Shown here: piece by piece, positions 1 through 9,462 of the stretch
Position numbering within the stretch: the first letter of the stretch is position 1
Layout: each line of letters starts with the position of its first letter
NCBI RefSeq assembly: GCF_030169335.1
Contig: NZ_CP104613.1
DNA: 32,000 nucleotides
Strand: one strand, 5' to 3'
From: Escherichia coli
GTDB taxonomy: Bacteria > Pseudomonadota > Gammaproteobacteria > Enterobacterales > Enterobacteriaceae
Position numbers and translations under genes: made by a program
The notes under the pieces: model-generated
Database searches by the model: none
What the model was told of the DNA's origin: nothing
The model's input: the letters and a program-made list of their open reading frames with translations, nothing else

Positions 1-531
1 AGCGGCGGCGTGTCACGCCGGCGGGTGATTATTCACTTCCCGGAACAGATAGCCCCGCAGGAGCGCGACCCGCAGCTTAAGGACAAAATCACCCGCGAGC
101 TGGCGGTCATCGTGCGTCACCTGATGCAGAAGTTCAGCGACCCGATGCTCGCCCGGTCACTGCTTCAGTCCCAGCAGAACTCAGACGAGGCACTGAACAT
201 CAAACGGGATGCCGACCCGACGTTTGATTTTATCGGCTATCTGGAAACCCTGCCGCAGACCAGCGGCATGTATATGGGGAACGCCAGTATCATCCCGCGT
301 AATTACCGTAAATACCTCTATCACGCCTATCTGGCCTACATGGAGGCAAACGGCTACCGGAATGTACTCAGTCTGAAAATGTTCGGGCTGGGGCTGCCGG
401 TGATGCTGAAGGAATACGGACTGAATTACGAGAAGCGCCATACCAAACAGGGGATACAGACCAACCTGACGCTGAAAGAGGAAAGCTACGGCGACTGGCT
501 GCCAAAATGTGACGACCCTGCGACAGCCTGA
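1..531 (+). CDS. P4-like phage/plasmid primase-helicase (alpha protein), C-terminal part; 5' end outside the window
   Basis: Reading frame is open from base 1 (SGGVSRRRVIIHFPEQIAPQERDPQLKDKI...AVIVRHLMQKFSDPMLARSLLQSQQNSDEALNIKRD), typical of the C-terminus of P4-family D5-like primases; TGA at 529-531. The ORF start at 10 is an internal GTG. Confidence 0.85.
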   Translation, partial: SGGVSRRRVIIHFPEQIAPQERDPQLKDKITRELAVIVRHLMQKFSDPMLARSLLQSQQNSDEALNIKRDADPTFDFIGYLETLPQTSGMYMGNASIIPRNYRKYLYHAYLAYMEANGYRNVLSLKMFGLGLPVMLKEYGLNYEKRHTKQGIQTNLTLKEESYGDWLPKCDDPATA

Positions 532-538
532 CCCACCT

Positions 539-563
539 GACCGGCATCTGCCGGTCTTTTTTT
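539..563 (+). terminator. Rho-independent terminator after the P4-like primase gene
   Basis: GACCGGCATCTGCCGGTC hairpin followed by CTTTTTTT immediately downstream of the stop codon. Confidence 0.8.
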
Positions 564-580
564 ATCCCTGAATTCCCCGA

Positions 581-704
581 AGGTGAACAATCCACTGTTC
601 ACCCTTCACCGTATATTCACCCGTTATCACACTGAAATTTAAAGAGAAAAATGAAAGGTGAACAGTGTGAACAATCAAATCAAAAAAAAACTTTTTTCTC
701 CCTG
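581..704. repeat. Copy 1 of a ~120-bp direct repeat, P4 crr-like replication region
   Basis: AGGTGAACAATCCACTGTTCACCCTTCACC...TATCACACTGAAAT...AAAGGTGAACAGTGTGAACA...CTTTTTTCTCCCTG; contains GGTGAACA iterons in both orientations and aligns throughout with 762..883. Confidence 0.8.
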
Positions 705-761
705 TGTGATTTCAGTTCGGGGGATTAATCACCGGTATGAGTCACACCGGCAGAATGCCGG

Positions 762-883
762 AGGTGAAGAATCGAATGTTCACCCTTCACCCATTATTCA
801 CCACCTATCACTCTGAAATAAAAGGAGAAAACAGAAAGGTGAACAGTGTGAACAGTTCTTTCGAAAAAAAATTTTTTTCCTGA
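762..883. repeat. Copy 2 of a ~120-bp direct repeat, P4 crr-like replication region
   Basis: AGGTGAAGAATCGAATGTTCACCCTTCACC...TATCACTCTGAAAT...AAAGGTGAACAGTGTGAACA...TTTTTTTCCTG; ~57 bp from copy 1. Confidence 0.8.
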
Positions 884-1007
884 GTTAACATGCGTGAAGA
901 TACGTGTAAAAATTAATCGATAGATATTATATGTATAAGGATGTGTATAAATGAATTATAATAGAAAAATATAAACGATTTGAATCAAATGGTTATATGG
1001 CAATTTT

Positions 1008-1028
1008 GACTCCTGTGATCTTCCGCCA
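1008..1028 (+). other. Attachment-site remnant: 3' end of selC (tRNA-Sec) duplicated at the island junction
   Basis: GACTCCTGTGATCTTCCGCCA matches the T-arm/acceptor/CCA end of tRNA-Sec as recalled. No complete tRNA is present. It sits between P4-like DNA and setC, which lies downstream of selC in E. coli. Confidence 0.85.
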
Positions 1029-1085
1029 AAATGCCTCTTCATACGTTCTCCAACCCCTTGTAATACTGTCAATCCAGAGATTTTC

Positions 1086-1232
1086 TACTGCTCAATATTC
1101 AATCGGCTTCAGGAATACCTGATCAAAGGTTTTGTGATGGACGATGAGCGACTGAAGAATCCGCCTGTCGGTTCTTCTGTCCTCGAACGCATCCGCGATA
1201 TTCGCGCCAGCATGCGCCGTGTTTATTTGCAG
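1086..1232 (+). pseudogene. Remnant of a RhuM/virulence-protein family gene (fragment only)
   Basis: Manual translation gives RLQEYLIKGFVMDDERLKNPPVGSSVLERIRDIRASMRRVYLQ, resembling the GF.MDDERLKN...ERIRDIRASE.R.Y signature of RhuM-like proteins, with no intact ORF. Confidence 0.6.
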
Positions 1233-1665
1233 GTGATTTGCCCCCCTGCTGACTCTCAGCCAACTGTATCGCCATTAAGGTGAAGATGTTGTTTTACACG
1301 CTCCAGAACCCCCTTTTTTATACGACTATTCTATTCCTTTAACAGCTGGCGAAAAAAACTGACCTATAAACCTCACCAATAATCAGACTGCCATCAAGAT
1401 TAATTTGTTAATTTAATATATCAAATCAACTTGTTTTATTTTTACTATCAAAAATAGCTCATTGCCTTACTATAATTAATATATAAATTCGGTAATTAAT
1501 TCTTAACATGCTTTTGCTAATAATCTCAATTGCTGGCCCTATAATATTGCGCTAGCATTGCTTTCTGGTTGTATCAGCGATACTCAAAAATTCTTAATAC
1601 AATACTCATTCGACTGGTACTTATTTGTAACTCAGTTATATTTTGTCGCCCGGTGATTCAGAAGA

Positions 1666-2850
1666 ATGCAAAAAACGGCTACCACTCCATCAAAAATACT
1701 TGATCTCACTGCCGCGGCATTTTTACTTGTCGCCTTTCTGACTGGTATTGCGGGCGCTCTCCAGACTCCCACCTTAAGTATATTCCTCGCAGATGAACTG
1801 AAAGCTCGTCCTATAATGGTAGGTTTTTTCTTCACCGGTAGCGCTATTATGGGAATTCTGGTCAGTCAATTTCTGGCAAGGCACTCCGATAAACAAGGCG
1901 ACCGTAAATTACTGATTCTGCTATGTTGCTTATTTGGAGTGCTGGCCTGCACGCTTTTTGCGTGGAATCGCAACTACTTCATTCTCCTCTCAACGGGCGT
2001 ACTTCTGAGTAGTTTTGCTTCCACCGCAAACCCGCAAATGTTCGCCCTCGCCCGTGAACACGCTGACAGAACAGGCCGCGAGACGGTCATGTTCAGTACA
2101 TTTTTACGTGCTCAGATCTCGCTTGCCTGGGTTATCGGGCCACCGCTCGCTTATGAACTGGCTATGGGATTTAGTTTTAAAGTGATGTATCTCACCGCTG
2201 CCATCGCATTTGTTGTTTGCGGGCTGATAGTCTGGTTGTTTTTGCCATCAATACAAAGAAATATTCCTGTCGTTACCCAACCCATAGAAATTTTACCCTC
2301 CACCCACAGGAAGCGGGATACGCGGCTACTTTTTGTGGTCTGTTCAATGATGTGGGCGGCGAATAATCTCTACATGATAAATATGCCGCTATTTATTATT
2401 GATGAACTACATCTAACCGATAAACTGGCTGGAGAAATGATTGGTATCGCTGCCGGTCTGGAAATTCCGATGATGTTAATCGCAGGCTATTACATGAAAC
2501 GTATTGGCAAGCGACTATTAATGCTCATTGCTATCGTGAGTGGTATGTGTTTTTACGCCAGCGTACTCATGGCGACGACTCCGGCGGTTGAGCTGGAATT
2601 GCAAATTCTTAATGCCATCTTCCTTGGTATTCTCTGTGGTATCGGCATGCTTTATTTTCAGGACCTGATGCCTGAAAAAATAGGCTCTGCGACAACGTTA
2701 TATGCAAATACTTCACGCGTCGGCTGGATTATCGCCGGCTCTGTTGACGGAATTATGGTTGAAATCTGGAGCTACCACGCGTTGTTCTGGCTGGCGATAG
2801 GGATGTTGGGTATTGCGATGATTTGCCTGCTGTTTATTAAAGATATTTAG
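1666..2850 (+). CDS. setC: Putative sugar efflux transporter SetC (MFS)
   Basis: 394-aa ORF recognised as SetC/YicK. Confidence 0.95.
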   Translation: MQKTATTPSKILDLTAAAFLLVAFLTGIAGALQTPTLSIFLADELKARPIMVGFFFTGSAIMGILVSQFLARHSDKQGDRKLLILLCCLFGVLACTLFAWNRNYFILLSTGVLLSSFASTANPQMFALAREHADRTGRETVMFSTFLRAQISLAWVIGPPLAYELAMGFSFKVMYLTAAIAFVVCGLIVWLFLPSIQRNIPVVTQPIEILPSTHRKRDTRLLFVVCSMMWAANNLYMINMPLFIIDELHLTDKLAGEMIGIAAGLEIPMMLIAGYYMKRIGKRLLMLIAIVSGMCFYASVLMATTPAVELELQILNAIFLGILCGIGMLYFQDLMPEKIGSATTLYANTSRVGWIIAGSVDGIMVEIWSYHALFWLAIGMLGIAMICLLFIKDI

Positions 2851-2960
2851 CTCACCAGTCTGGGCTAAGAAAAATCGGCGTGGCGCAAACAGAGCCATCC
2901 TCGCCATTTTTGCTATCATGCCTGCATACATAAACGACAAAACAGTATGCAGAGGGAAAA

Positions 2961-3884
2961 ATGGGTTCCACCAGAAAGGGGATGCTGAACGTTCTGATTG
3001 CCGCCGTGTTGTGGGGAAGTTCAGGGGTCTGCGCGCAATACATCATGGAGCAAAGCCAGATGTCGTCGCAGTTTTTGACTATGACGCGTTTGATATTCGC
3101 CGGTTTGATTCTGCTGACGCTGTCATTTGTTCATGGCGATAAAATCTTTTCTATTATTAACAATCATAAAGATGCCATTAGTCTGCTGATTTTTTCCGTG
3201 GTAGGCGCGCTAACCGTACAGCTCACTTTTTTGCTAACCATCGAAAAATCGAACGCAGCCACGGCAACGGTGCTGCAATTCCTCTCACCGACGATTATCG
3301 TCGCCTGGTTCTCACTGGTGCGTAAATCCCGCCCGGGCATTCTGGTTTTCTGCGCTATTTTGACATCGCTGGTCGGGACTTTTTTATTGGTGACACACGG
3401 TAATCCGACGTCATTATCGATCTCTCCTGCCGCGTTGTTCTGGGGCATTGCCTCGGCATTTGCTGCTGCATTCTATACCACCTATCCCTCAACGCTGATT
3501 GCCCGCTATGGCACGTTACCAGTCGTCGGCTGGAGTATGCTGATCGGCGGTCTGATTCTGTTGCCTTTTTATGCCAGACAAGGGACAAACTTTGTCGTTA
3601 ACGGCAGTTTGATTCTGGCGTTTTTTTATTTGGTGGTCATTGGTACGTCCCTGACATTTAGTCTGTACCTGAAAGGAGCACAATTAATTGGTGGGCCAAA
3701 AGCCAGCATTTTGAGCTGTGCAGAACCATTAAGTAGCGCGCTGCTCTCTTTGCTGTTGCTGGGGATCACATTCACATTACCGGACTGGCTGGGAACGCTG
3801 CTGATTCTGTCATCGGTAATTTTGATTTCAATGGATTCCCGTCGCCGCGCCAGAAAAATAAATCGTCCGGCGCGGGATGAGTGA
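2961..3884 (+). CDS. yicL: EamA/DMT-family inner membrane transporter YicL
   Basis: 307-aa multi-TM ORF, recognised with conserved synteny. Confidence 0.95.
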
Positions 3885-3887
3885 GAA

Positions 3888-4706
3888 TTACCAGCCAGGC
3901 ACCGCGCCACCGTTAAAGATGGTTTCTGCCGCTTTAGCGACTTCGGATGATTGATAAGATTGCAGAAATTCCTTCACGTTTTCTGCATTCTTATTATCTT
4001 CCCGTGCCACCAAAATATTCACATACGGCGAATTTTTATCTTCAATAAATACGCTGTCGTGCACCGGAGAAAGCCCGGTCTGCTGAATGTAAGTGGTGCT
4101 GATAATCGCCACATCAACTTTGGGATCATCCAGTACGCGCGGGAGCTGCGCCCCCTCGAGTTCCATAATCTGCAAATGACGAGGATTATCGGTTATATCC
4201 AGCGCGGTAGGTAATAACCCTTTTCCCTCTTTCAGAGTAATTAGCTTCTCTTTTTGCAACAGTAAAAGCGCGCGACCAAGGTTGGTCGGGTCGTTGGGGA
4301 TCGCCACTGTCGCGCCTTCTTTTATTTGCGCCACGGTTTTTATTTTTTTGGAATAACCCGCCATGGGGAAGACAAACGTATTTCCCACCGCTACCAGTTT
4401 ATAACCATGCGCCTGATTATCTTGTTCAAGAAAGGGTCGATGCTGGAAGACGTTCGCATCAAGCTCGCCATGATTTGTCGCATCGTTCGGTAGCAACGAA
4501 CCGCTAAAACCTACCAGTTCAACATCGAGGCCATATTTCTCTTTTGCCACCTTTTTAGCGACTTCCGCGACATCTTGTTCTGCGCCATTTATAACGCCAA
4601 CTTTAATGTGTTTTGCATCGCTGCTGCTCTGGTCGCAACCTGCCAGCAGAATTCCTGCCAGCAATAATGCGGCCCCCGCCCGTAGATGATGTGTTGTCAG
4701 TTTCAT
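3888..4706 (-). CDS. nlpA: Lipoprotein-28, NlpA (methionine-binding MetQ-like)
   Basis: 272 aa, lipobox LLAGCDQ, NlpA family sequence. Confidence 0.96.
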   Translation of the reverse strand: MKLTTHHLRAGAALLLAGILLAGCDQSSSDAKHIKVGVINGAEQDVAEVAKKVAKEKYGLDVELVGFSGSLLPNDATNHGELDANVFQHRPFLEQDNQAHGYKLVAVGNTFVFPMAGYSKKIKTVAQIKEGATVAIPNDPTNLGRALLLLQKEKLITLKEGKGLLPTALDITDNPRHLQIMELEGAQLPRVLDDPKVDVAIISTTYIQQTGLSPVHDSVFIEDKNSPYVNILVAREDNKNAENVKEFLQSYQSSEVAKAAETIFNGGAVPGW

Positions 4707-4914
4707 TTTTTATCCTTTTTTTAATCATTAACTGACTATAATGGCAAGATCACTACGATTTAAAAAACGAAAAGCTATCGAATAGAAGAAAAAGGTATAA
4801 AAAACTGGCACTTCTTACTGACCACGCAAACACCTTTCGTACAGCATGATGAGAGCGGCAAAAGCAAACTACACTTATGCTTCATTCGATGCACATTTGC
4901 AGAAGGTTGCCGCT

Positions 4915-5208
4915 ATGAAGCTAACGATGCTACTCATGATTACCGTATTCCTGACTTTTCCAGCCATTTCTCAGGCCGAGTCGCCATTCAGTTCGCTACA
5001 GTCGGCGAAAGAGAAAACCACGGTATTGCAAGATTTACGTAAAATTTGCACGCCACAGGCGTCATTATCAGACGAAGCGTGGGAAAAATTAATGTTGTCT
5101 GATGAGAGTAACAAACAACATATCCGTGAAGCTATTGTGGCGATGGAGCGTAATAATCAGAATAACTACTGGGAAGCGCTGGGTAAGGTGGAATGCCCGG
5201 ATATGTAA
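4915..5208 (+). CDS. yicS: Periplasmic small protein YicS
   Basis: Internal ATG at 4915 gives MKLTMLLMITVFLTFPAISQAESPF... with a signal peptide; the ORF-track start at 4846 appears too early. Confidence 0.9.
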   Translation: MKLTMLLMITVFLTFPAISQAESPFSSLQSAKEKTTVLQDLRKICTPQASLSDEAWEKLMLSDESNKQHIREAIVAMERNNQNNYWEALGKVECPDM

Positions 5209-5248
5209 GAGTGGTGGCAACCACTGACCAACGCATCTTTACCTGATA

Positions 5249-6439
5249 TCAGGATTTCTTCATTTTCACCTTTGCGGTGACCAATAACGCCGTCAGCAAC
5301 ATCAATGTGCCGGACAACATCAACGGCGAAGTCAGACCAATATTATCCAGCGCATAACCGCCGATTGCCGCGCCACAGGTATTAGCAAGCTGAATAACCG
5401 CCACCTGAATAGACCCGGCTTTTTCTGCCTGATCGGCCAGTGAGCGGGTGATCCACGTTGACCAGCCGACGGGAACCAATGCAAAAGTTAGCCCCCAGAT
5501 AATCGCCACGCCGGTAGCAACGATTTTATCGCTTCCCCACAACGTCAGCACCAACGCACTCACAGCCAGTATTAACGGCGCGCCTGCTAAGGCCAGTTTT
5601 ACCGAACGTTTAAGAATGAACGACGAAAGCGACGTACCAATAAAACTGGCGATACCAAAACTCAACAGCACCAGCGTTAAGCCATCCACGCCGAATCCCG
5701 CCAGGTTCATATACACCGGGCGAATATACGTGAAGAAAGCAAACTGCCCGGCGAAAGACATGAAGATGGCGATCATCCCTGCCATCACACCCGGACGTTG
5801 TAATAAGCGGAAAGTATTTTGTTTCTGATGCGAGGGTTCGCCTGGCAGTGAAGGCAATGATTTGATAATCCAGAAAATACACAGCACGCCCATCACCGCC
5901 GCCGCATTAAAGACATTGCGCCAACCGATAAGCTCGCCTAAAAAACTGCCCAACGGCGCGGCAATCACCAGCGCAATAGAAACCGCGCCGAAGATCACCG
6001 ACAGCGCCTTCGGCACCGTACGCGGCGGTACCAGACGCATGGTCAGCGACGCCGACATCGCCCAGAACCCGCCCAGCGCCAGCCCCAGACAGGCACGACC
6101 GATTAAAAGCAAACTGAATGAGTTAGCAAAGGAAACCAGCAAACAGGAGAGCGTCAGCAAAACGGCAAATAAAATAACAACGTAGCGGCGGTCAGTGGCC
6201 TGAATTGTCTGGGTAATAAACAAACTGGCAAACATTGCCACAAAGGCGGTCACGGTCACCGATTGCCCGGCAACCCCTTCCGAAATGCCTAAATCCTGGG
6301 CCATTGGCGTCAACAAACTGACGGGCAAAAACTCAACGATAATCAGACAGGCGACACAAAACGCCACCGAGAAAACGGCTGACCAGTTCGGTCGGGTGAT
6401 GGCATCCGCGCCGCGGTTTTCGGCAATAAATTCACTCAT
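5249..6439 (-). CDS. nepI: Purine ribonucleoside efflux pump NepI
   Basis: MFS protein starting [14 protein letters not shown]; recognised. Confidence 0.95.
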   Translation of the reverse strand: MSEFIAENRGADAITRPNWSAVFSVAFCVACLIIVEFLPVSLLTPMAQDLGISEGVAGQSVTVTAFVAMFASLFITQTIQATDRRYVVILFAVLLTLSCLLVSFANSFSLLLIGRACLGLALGGFWAMSASLTMRLVPPRTVPKALSVIFGAVSIALVIAAPLGSFLGELIGWRNVFNAAAVMGVLCIFWIIKSLPSLPGEPSHQKQNTFRLLQRPGVMAGMIAIFMSFAGQFAFFTYIRPVYMNLAGFGVDGLTLVLLSFGIASFIGTSLSSFILKRSVKLALAGAPLILAVSALVLTLWGSDKIVATGVAIIWGLTFALVPVGWSTWITRSLADQAEKAGSIQVAVIQLANTCGAAIGGYALDNIGLTSPLMLSGTLMLLTALLVTAKVKMKKS

Positions 6440-6619
6440 GGTGTTACCCGTGGCATGTTTCAGGGGAAAAGCCGACCACTTTAACATTGAAATGTGTGAC
6501 GCATTTAACGTTTTTGCAACTTTTACGGTGTTGTGGGAAAAGTTCGAGGCTGCTCGAAGAAATAAAAATCATAGGGCAAGCTGATATGCATTTTCGCGAT
6601 TGGGTTGGGAATAAGGGAT

Positions 6620-6646
6620 AAAGTATTGCACTTGGTGATATACTTT
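6620..6646. promoter_or_regulatory. Inverted-repeat operator candidate overlapping the promoter of the TA pair
   Basis: AAAGTAT-N13-ATACTTT, ~20 bp upstream of the toxin ATG. Confidence 0.5.
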
Positions 6647-6666
6647 AATAACAGGACCTCAACGAT

Positions 6667-7026
6667 ATGCGCGTGTTTAAAACCAAATGGTTTGCAAGGG
6701 AAGCCAGGTCTCATGCAATAACAGATGAAGAGTTGTGCCGGGCCATTTTAGAAACGGAGCAAGGTAAAGCTGATGCACTTGGTGGTGGCGTTTTTAAAAA
6801 GCGCCTTCACCAAAATCGTGAGCGTGCAATTATTCTGGCAAAAGGGGGAAGCAATTGGTTTTACACGTTTTTATATGCAAAACAGGATATGTCGAACATC
6901 AATAGTCAGGAACTGGCTGGGTTTCGTGAACTTGCAAAGCATTATGCCTTCCTGACGAAAGCCCAGCTAACAGCAATGATTAACACTAAAGAACTGACAG
7001 AGATCTGCTATGACTGCAAAAACTAA
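6667..7026 (+). CDS. RelE/ParE-superfamily (HigB-like, former DUF1044) toxin
   Basis: 119 aa: MRVFKTKWFAREARSHAITDEELCRAILE...GGGVFKKRLHQNRERAIILAKGGSNWFYTFLYAKQDMSNI; overlaps the downstream HTH gene. Confidence 0.8.
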   Translation: MRVFKTKWFAREARSHAITDEELCRAILETEQGKADALGGGVFKKRLHQNRERAIILAKGGSNWFYTFLYAKQDMSNINSQELAGFRELAKHYAFLTKAQLTAMINTKELTEICYDCKN

Positions 7027-7333
7027 ATTTAAAAGTCCTGCATTTGAGGCTATTCACAGCGCAGCGGCTGGATTGTCCAGCGTCGATGCTATTTCTGCCG
7101 AAACAATGCGTACTTTTGACAAAGCCTGCCTGACCAGCGTGCAAGACTTACAACCTGTTGAGATAAAAGCACTGCGGGAAAAATTAAAAGTGAGTCAGCC
7201 CGTCTTCGCTCACTATCTCAATACCAGCGTTTCAACTGTACAAAAATGGGAAAGTGGCGCTAAACGCCCCAATGGCATTTCATTAAAACTGCTCAGCATT
7301 GTGCAAAAACACGGGCTGGAGGTGCTGCTGTAA
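7010..7333 (+). CDS. HTH (XRE-type, HigA/NadS-like) antitoxin
   Basis: 107 aa with an HTH: IKALREKLKVSQPVFAHYLNTSVSTVQKWESGAKRPNGISLKLLSIVQKHG. Confidence 0.8.
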   Translation: MTAKTKFKSPAFEAIHSAAAGLSSVDAISAETMRTFDKACLTSVQDLQPVEIKALREKLKVSQPVFAHYLNTSVSTVQKWESGAKRPNGISLKLLSIVQKHGLEVLL

Positions 7334-7370
7334 ATAGAACGTAGATAATGCGTTCACCTACTGTCAGTTC

Positions 7371-7445
7371 CGATGCCGGATGCGGCGTGAACGCCTTATC
7401 CACCCGACAGGTCAGGCACGGTCTGTAGGCTGATAAGACGAAGCG
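7371..7445. repeat. REP/BIME-type palindromic element
   Basis: GCCGGATGCGGCGTGAACGCCTTATCCACCC followed by GTAGGCTGATAAGACG; near-consensus REP units between convergent genes. Confidence 0.75.
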
Positions 7446-7448
7446 GTT

Positions 7449-7901
7449 TTAATGCAGCCAGTGAACGCCCTCGGCAGGCTGAAAGAATGCGTTATAGCGC
7501 ATCTGAAAAGCATTAATATCCTGCATTTCAGGTTCGGTTTCGCGCAGAAAACCCAGCGCCAGCCTGACCTGAGCATCGGTAATAGGCGCGGCAAGACGGG
7601 CTTTTTGTAAAATCCGATGCCATTGCAGCAGGTTCTGTTCGCTACCATCGACAATGACAATTTGCCAGATGAGCAACACCTGCGCGGCGTTTTGCAGGTG
7701 CGACTCATCCGGACGATGCAAATAACGTAAAAATTCGTCACCGGCTGACTTTCCCATTTGATCGACCATCGACTCCACGGGTACGACATCGATGTTCAGC
7801 CGATCGCTGAGACGGCGAATCGCTTTTCTGGCCCCGGATGTCAGCACCCGAAAACCAACCACAAACACTACCGCCAGCGTGGCGAGCATTATCCAGATCA
7901 T
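7449..7901 (-). CDS. yicN: DUF1198 family protein YicN
   Basis: MIWIMLATLAVVFVVGFRVLTSG..., 150 aa; recognised. Confidence 0.92.
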   Translation of the reverse strand: MIWIMLATLAVVFVVGFRVLTSGARKAIRRLSDRLNIDVVPVESMVDQMGKSAGDEFLRYLHRPDESHLQNAAQVLLIWQIVIVDGSEQNLLQWHRILQKARLAAPITDAQVRLALGFLRETEPEMQDINAFQMRYNAFFQPAEGVHWLH

Positions 7902-7953
7902 GAGTTCTCCTGCGTAATCAGAACTCATGATATCTGGAAACCCTCGCCAGTTA

Positions 7954-9288
7954 CTAATCCACCAGAATAATCTTCAGTGCAAACAGAGCTGCGACCACCA
8001 CCACACACAGGTTCAGATCGCGCCAGCGCCCGGTGCATACTTTCATGATGCAGTACGACATAAAGCCGAGTGCAATCCCTTCGGTGATCGAGAAAGTAAA
8101 GGGCATCATCACCGTGGTAATAAACGCAGGCACCGATTCGGTAAAATCATCCCAGTTAACGCGCGCCAGGCTCGAAGTCATCAGCACGCCAACAAAGATT
8201 AACGCTCCGGCGGTTGCGTAAGGAGGAACCATCGCCACCAGCGGTGAGAAGAACATAACTAACAGGAACATAACGCCAACCACAACCGCAGTCAGCCCCG
8301 TGCGACCACCGACTGCCACACCAGAAGTACTTTCAATATAGGCAGTAACAGACGAGGTGCCGATAAACGCCCCCGCCACCGAACTGACGCTATCAACATA
8401 CAGCGCCTTATTCATATTGGGGAATTTACCGTTACTATCTATTAAGCCCGCTTTATCAGTTACACCAATTAATGTTCCTGATGAATCAAATAGGTTGATC
8501 AGCATAAAGGAGAAAATGATACCGGCGAGTTCAAGTGTTAACGCGCCGCTCAAATCTACTTCACCAATGACGCCGCTAATATCAGGCGGAATGGAATAGA
8601 CGCCGCTAAAATGAACATCACCGAAAAATAATCCACAGCAAGACGTCACCACAATAGAAACCAGCACCGCGGCATGAAAATGACGTGATGACAACACGGT
8701 TATAATAAAAAACCCTAAAATACCTAACAACACGCCGTGAGAACTTAAATCGCCAATCATCACCAGCGTGTCTTTATTGGCGACAATAACGCCAGTATTT
8801 TTTAATCCCATTAAGGCGATAAATAATCCAATTCCGCTGGTGATACCAATACGTAAACTTAAGGGAATGTTGGAGATCATCCAGTACCGGATACGAAACA
8901 GCGTGAGCAAAAATAGTCCAACTGCGCCCCAGAATATTGCGCCCATCCCGGTCTGCCAGGAGATGCCCATCGCCCCCACGACCACGAAGGCAAAGAAGGC
9001 GTTCAGCCCCATTGCCGGAGCCAGCGCCACGGGTAAGTTAGCAAATATCCCCATCGCAATACTGCCGATACCGGCAATCAAACAGGTGGTAACAAACACC
9101 ACTTTCGGGTCCATTTGTGCCGCGCCGAGGATTTGCGGGTTCACAAAAACGATGTACACCATGGTTAAAAAAGTGGTCATCCCCGCAATCAATTCTGTGC
9201 GGACGGTGGTCCCATGCTGAGGTAGTTTAAATAATCGCGAAAGCGTCCCTGATTCATTACTCACGTAATCGGTATTGTCATTATTCAT
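7954..9288 (-). CDS. adeQ: Adenine permease AdeQ (YicO)
   Basis: 444 aa from MNNDNTDYVSNESGTL..., NCS2/AzgA-like; recognised. Confidence 0.94.
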   Translation of the reverse strand: MNNDNTDYVSNESGTLSRLFKLPQHGTTVRTELIAGMTTFLTMVYIVFVNPQILGAAQMDPKVVFVTTCLIAGIGSIAMGIFANLPVALAPAMGLNAFFAFVVVGAMGISWQTGMGAIFWGAVGLFLLTLFRIRYWMISNIPLSLRIGITSGIGLFIALMGLKNTGVIVANKDTLVMIGDLSSHGVLLGILGFFIITVLSSRHFHAAVLVSIVVTSCCGLFFGDVHFSGVYSIPPDISGVIGEVDLSGALTLELAGIIFSFMLINLFDSSGTLIGVTDKAGLIDSNGKFPNMNKALYVDSVSSVAGAFIGTSSVTAYIESTSGVAVGGRTGLTAVVVGVMFLLVMFFSPLVAMVPPYATAGALIFVGVLMTSSLARVNWDDFTESVPAFITTVMMPFTFSITEGIALGFMSYCIMKVCTGRWRDLNLCVVVVAALFALKIILVD

Positions 9289-9462
9289 TTTTTTGTCCAT
9301 TGGAGGAGATTTAATCCCTTGCTTTTGTAAAACAAATGACAACAACGGTTCAGTGATAATTATCACATTTCAATTGCACATTAATGGATATTCTTTAATA
9401 ATCTCGCGACGTTTCTTTATGATAAATAATAATCAAATTGATAAAATCAAAATGAGAAAAAT

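Noticed and set aside
581-883. Possible CRISPR-like array from repeated GGTGAACA units
   Set aside because: Only two long ~120-bp repeats with internal inverted iterons and no regular repeat/spacer periodicity; better explained as P4 crr-like origin DNA. No CRISPR array was seen elsewhere.
1008-1028. Possible tRNA gene
   Set aside because: Only the 3'-terminal 21 nt of selC are present; no anticodon or D arm precedes them, so this is an attachment-site repeat, not a tRNA gene.
7412-7789. 125-aa minus-strand ORF
   Set aside because: Alternate frame fully overlapping yicN and a REP element.
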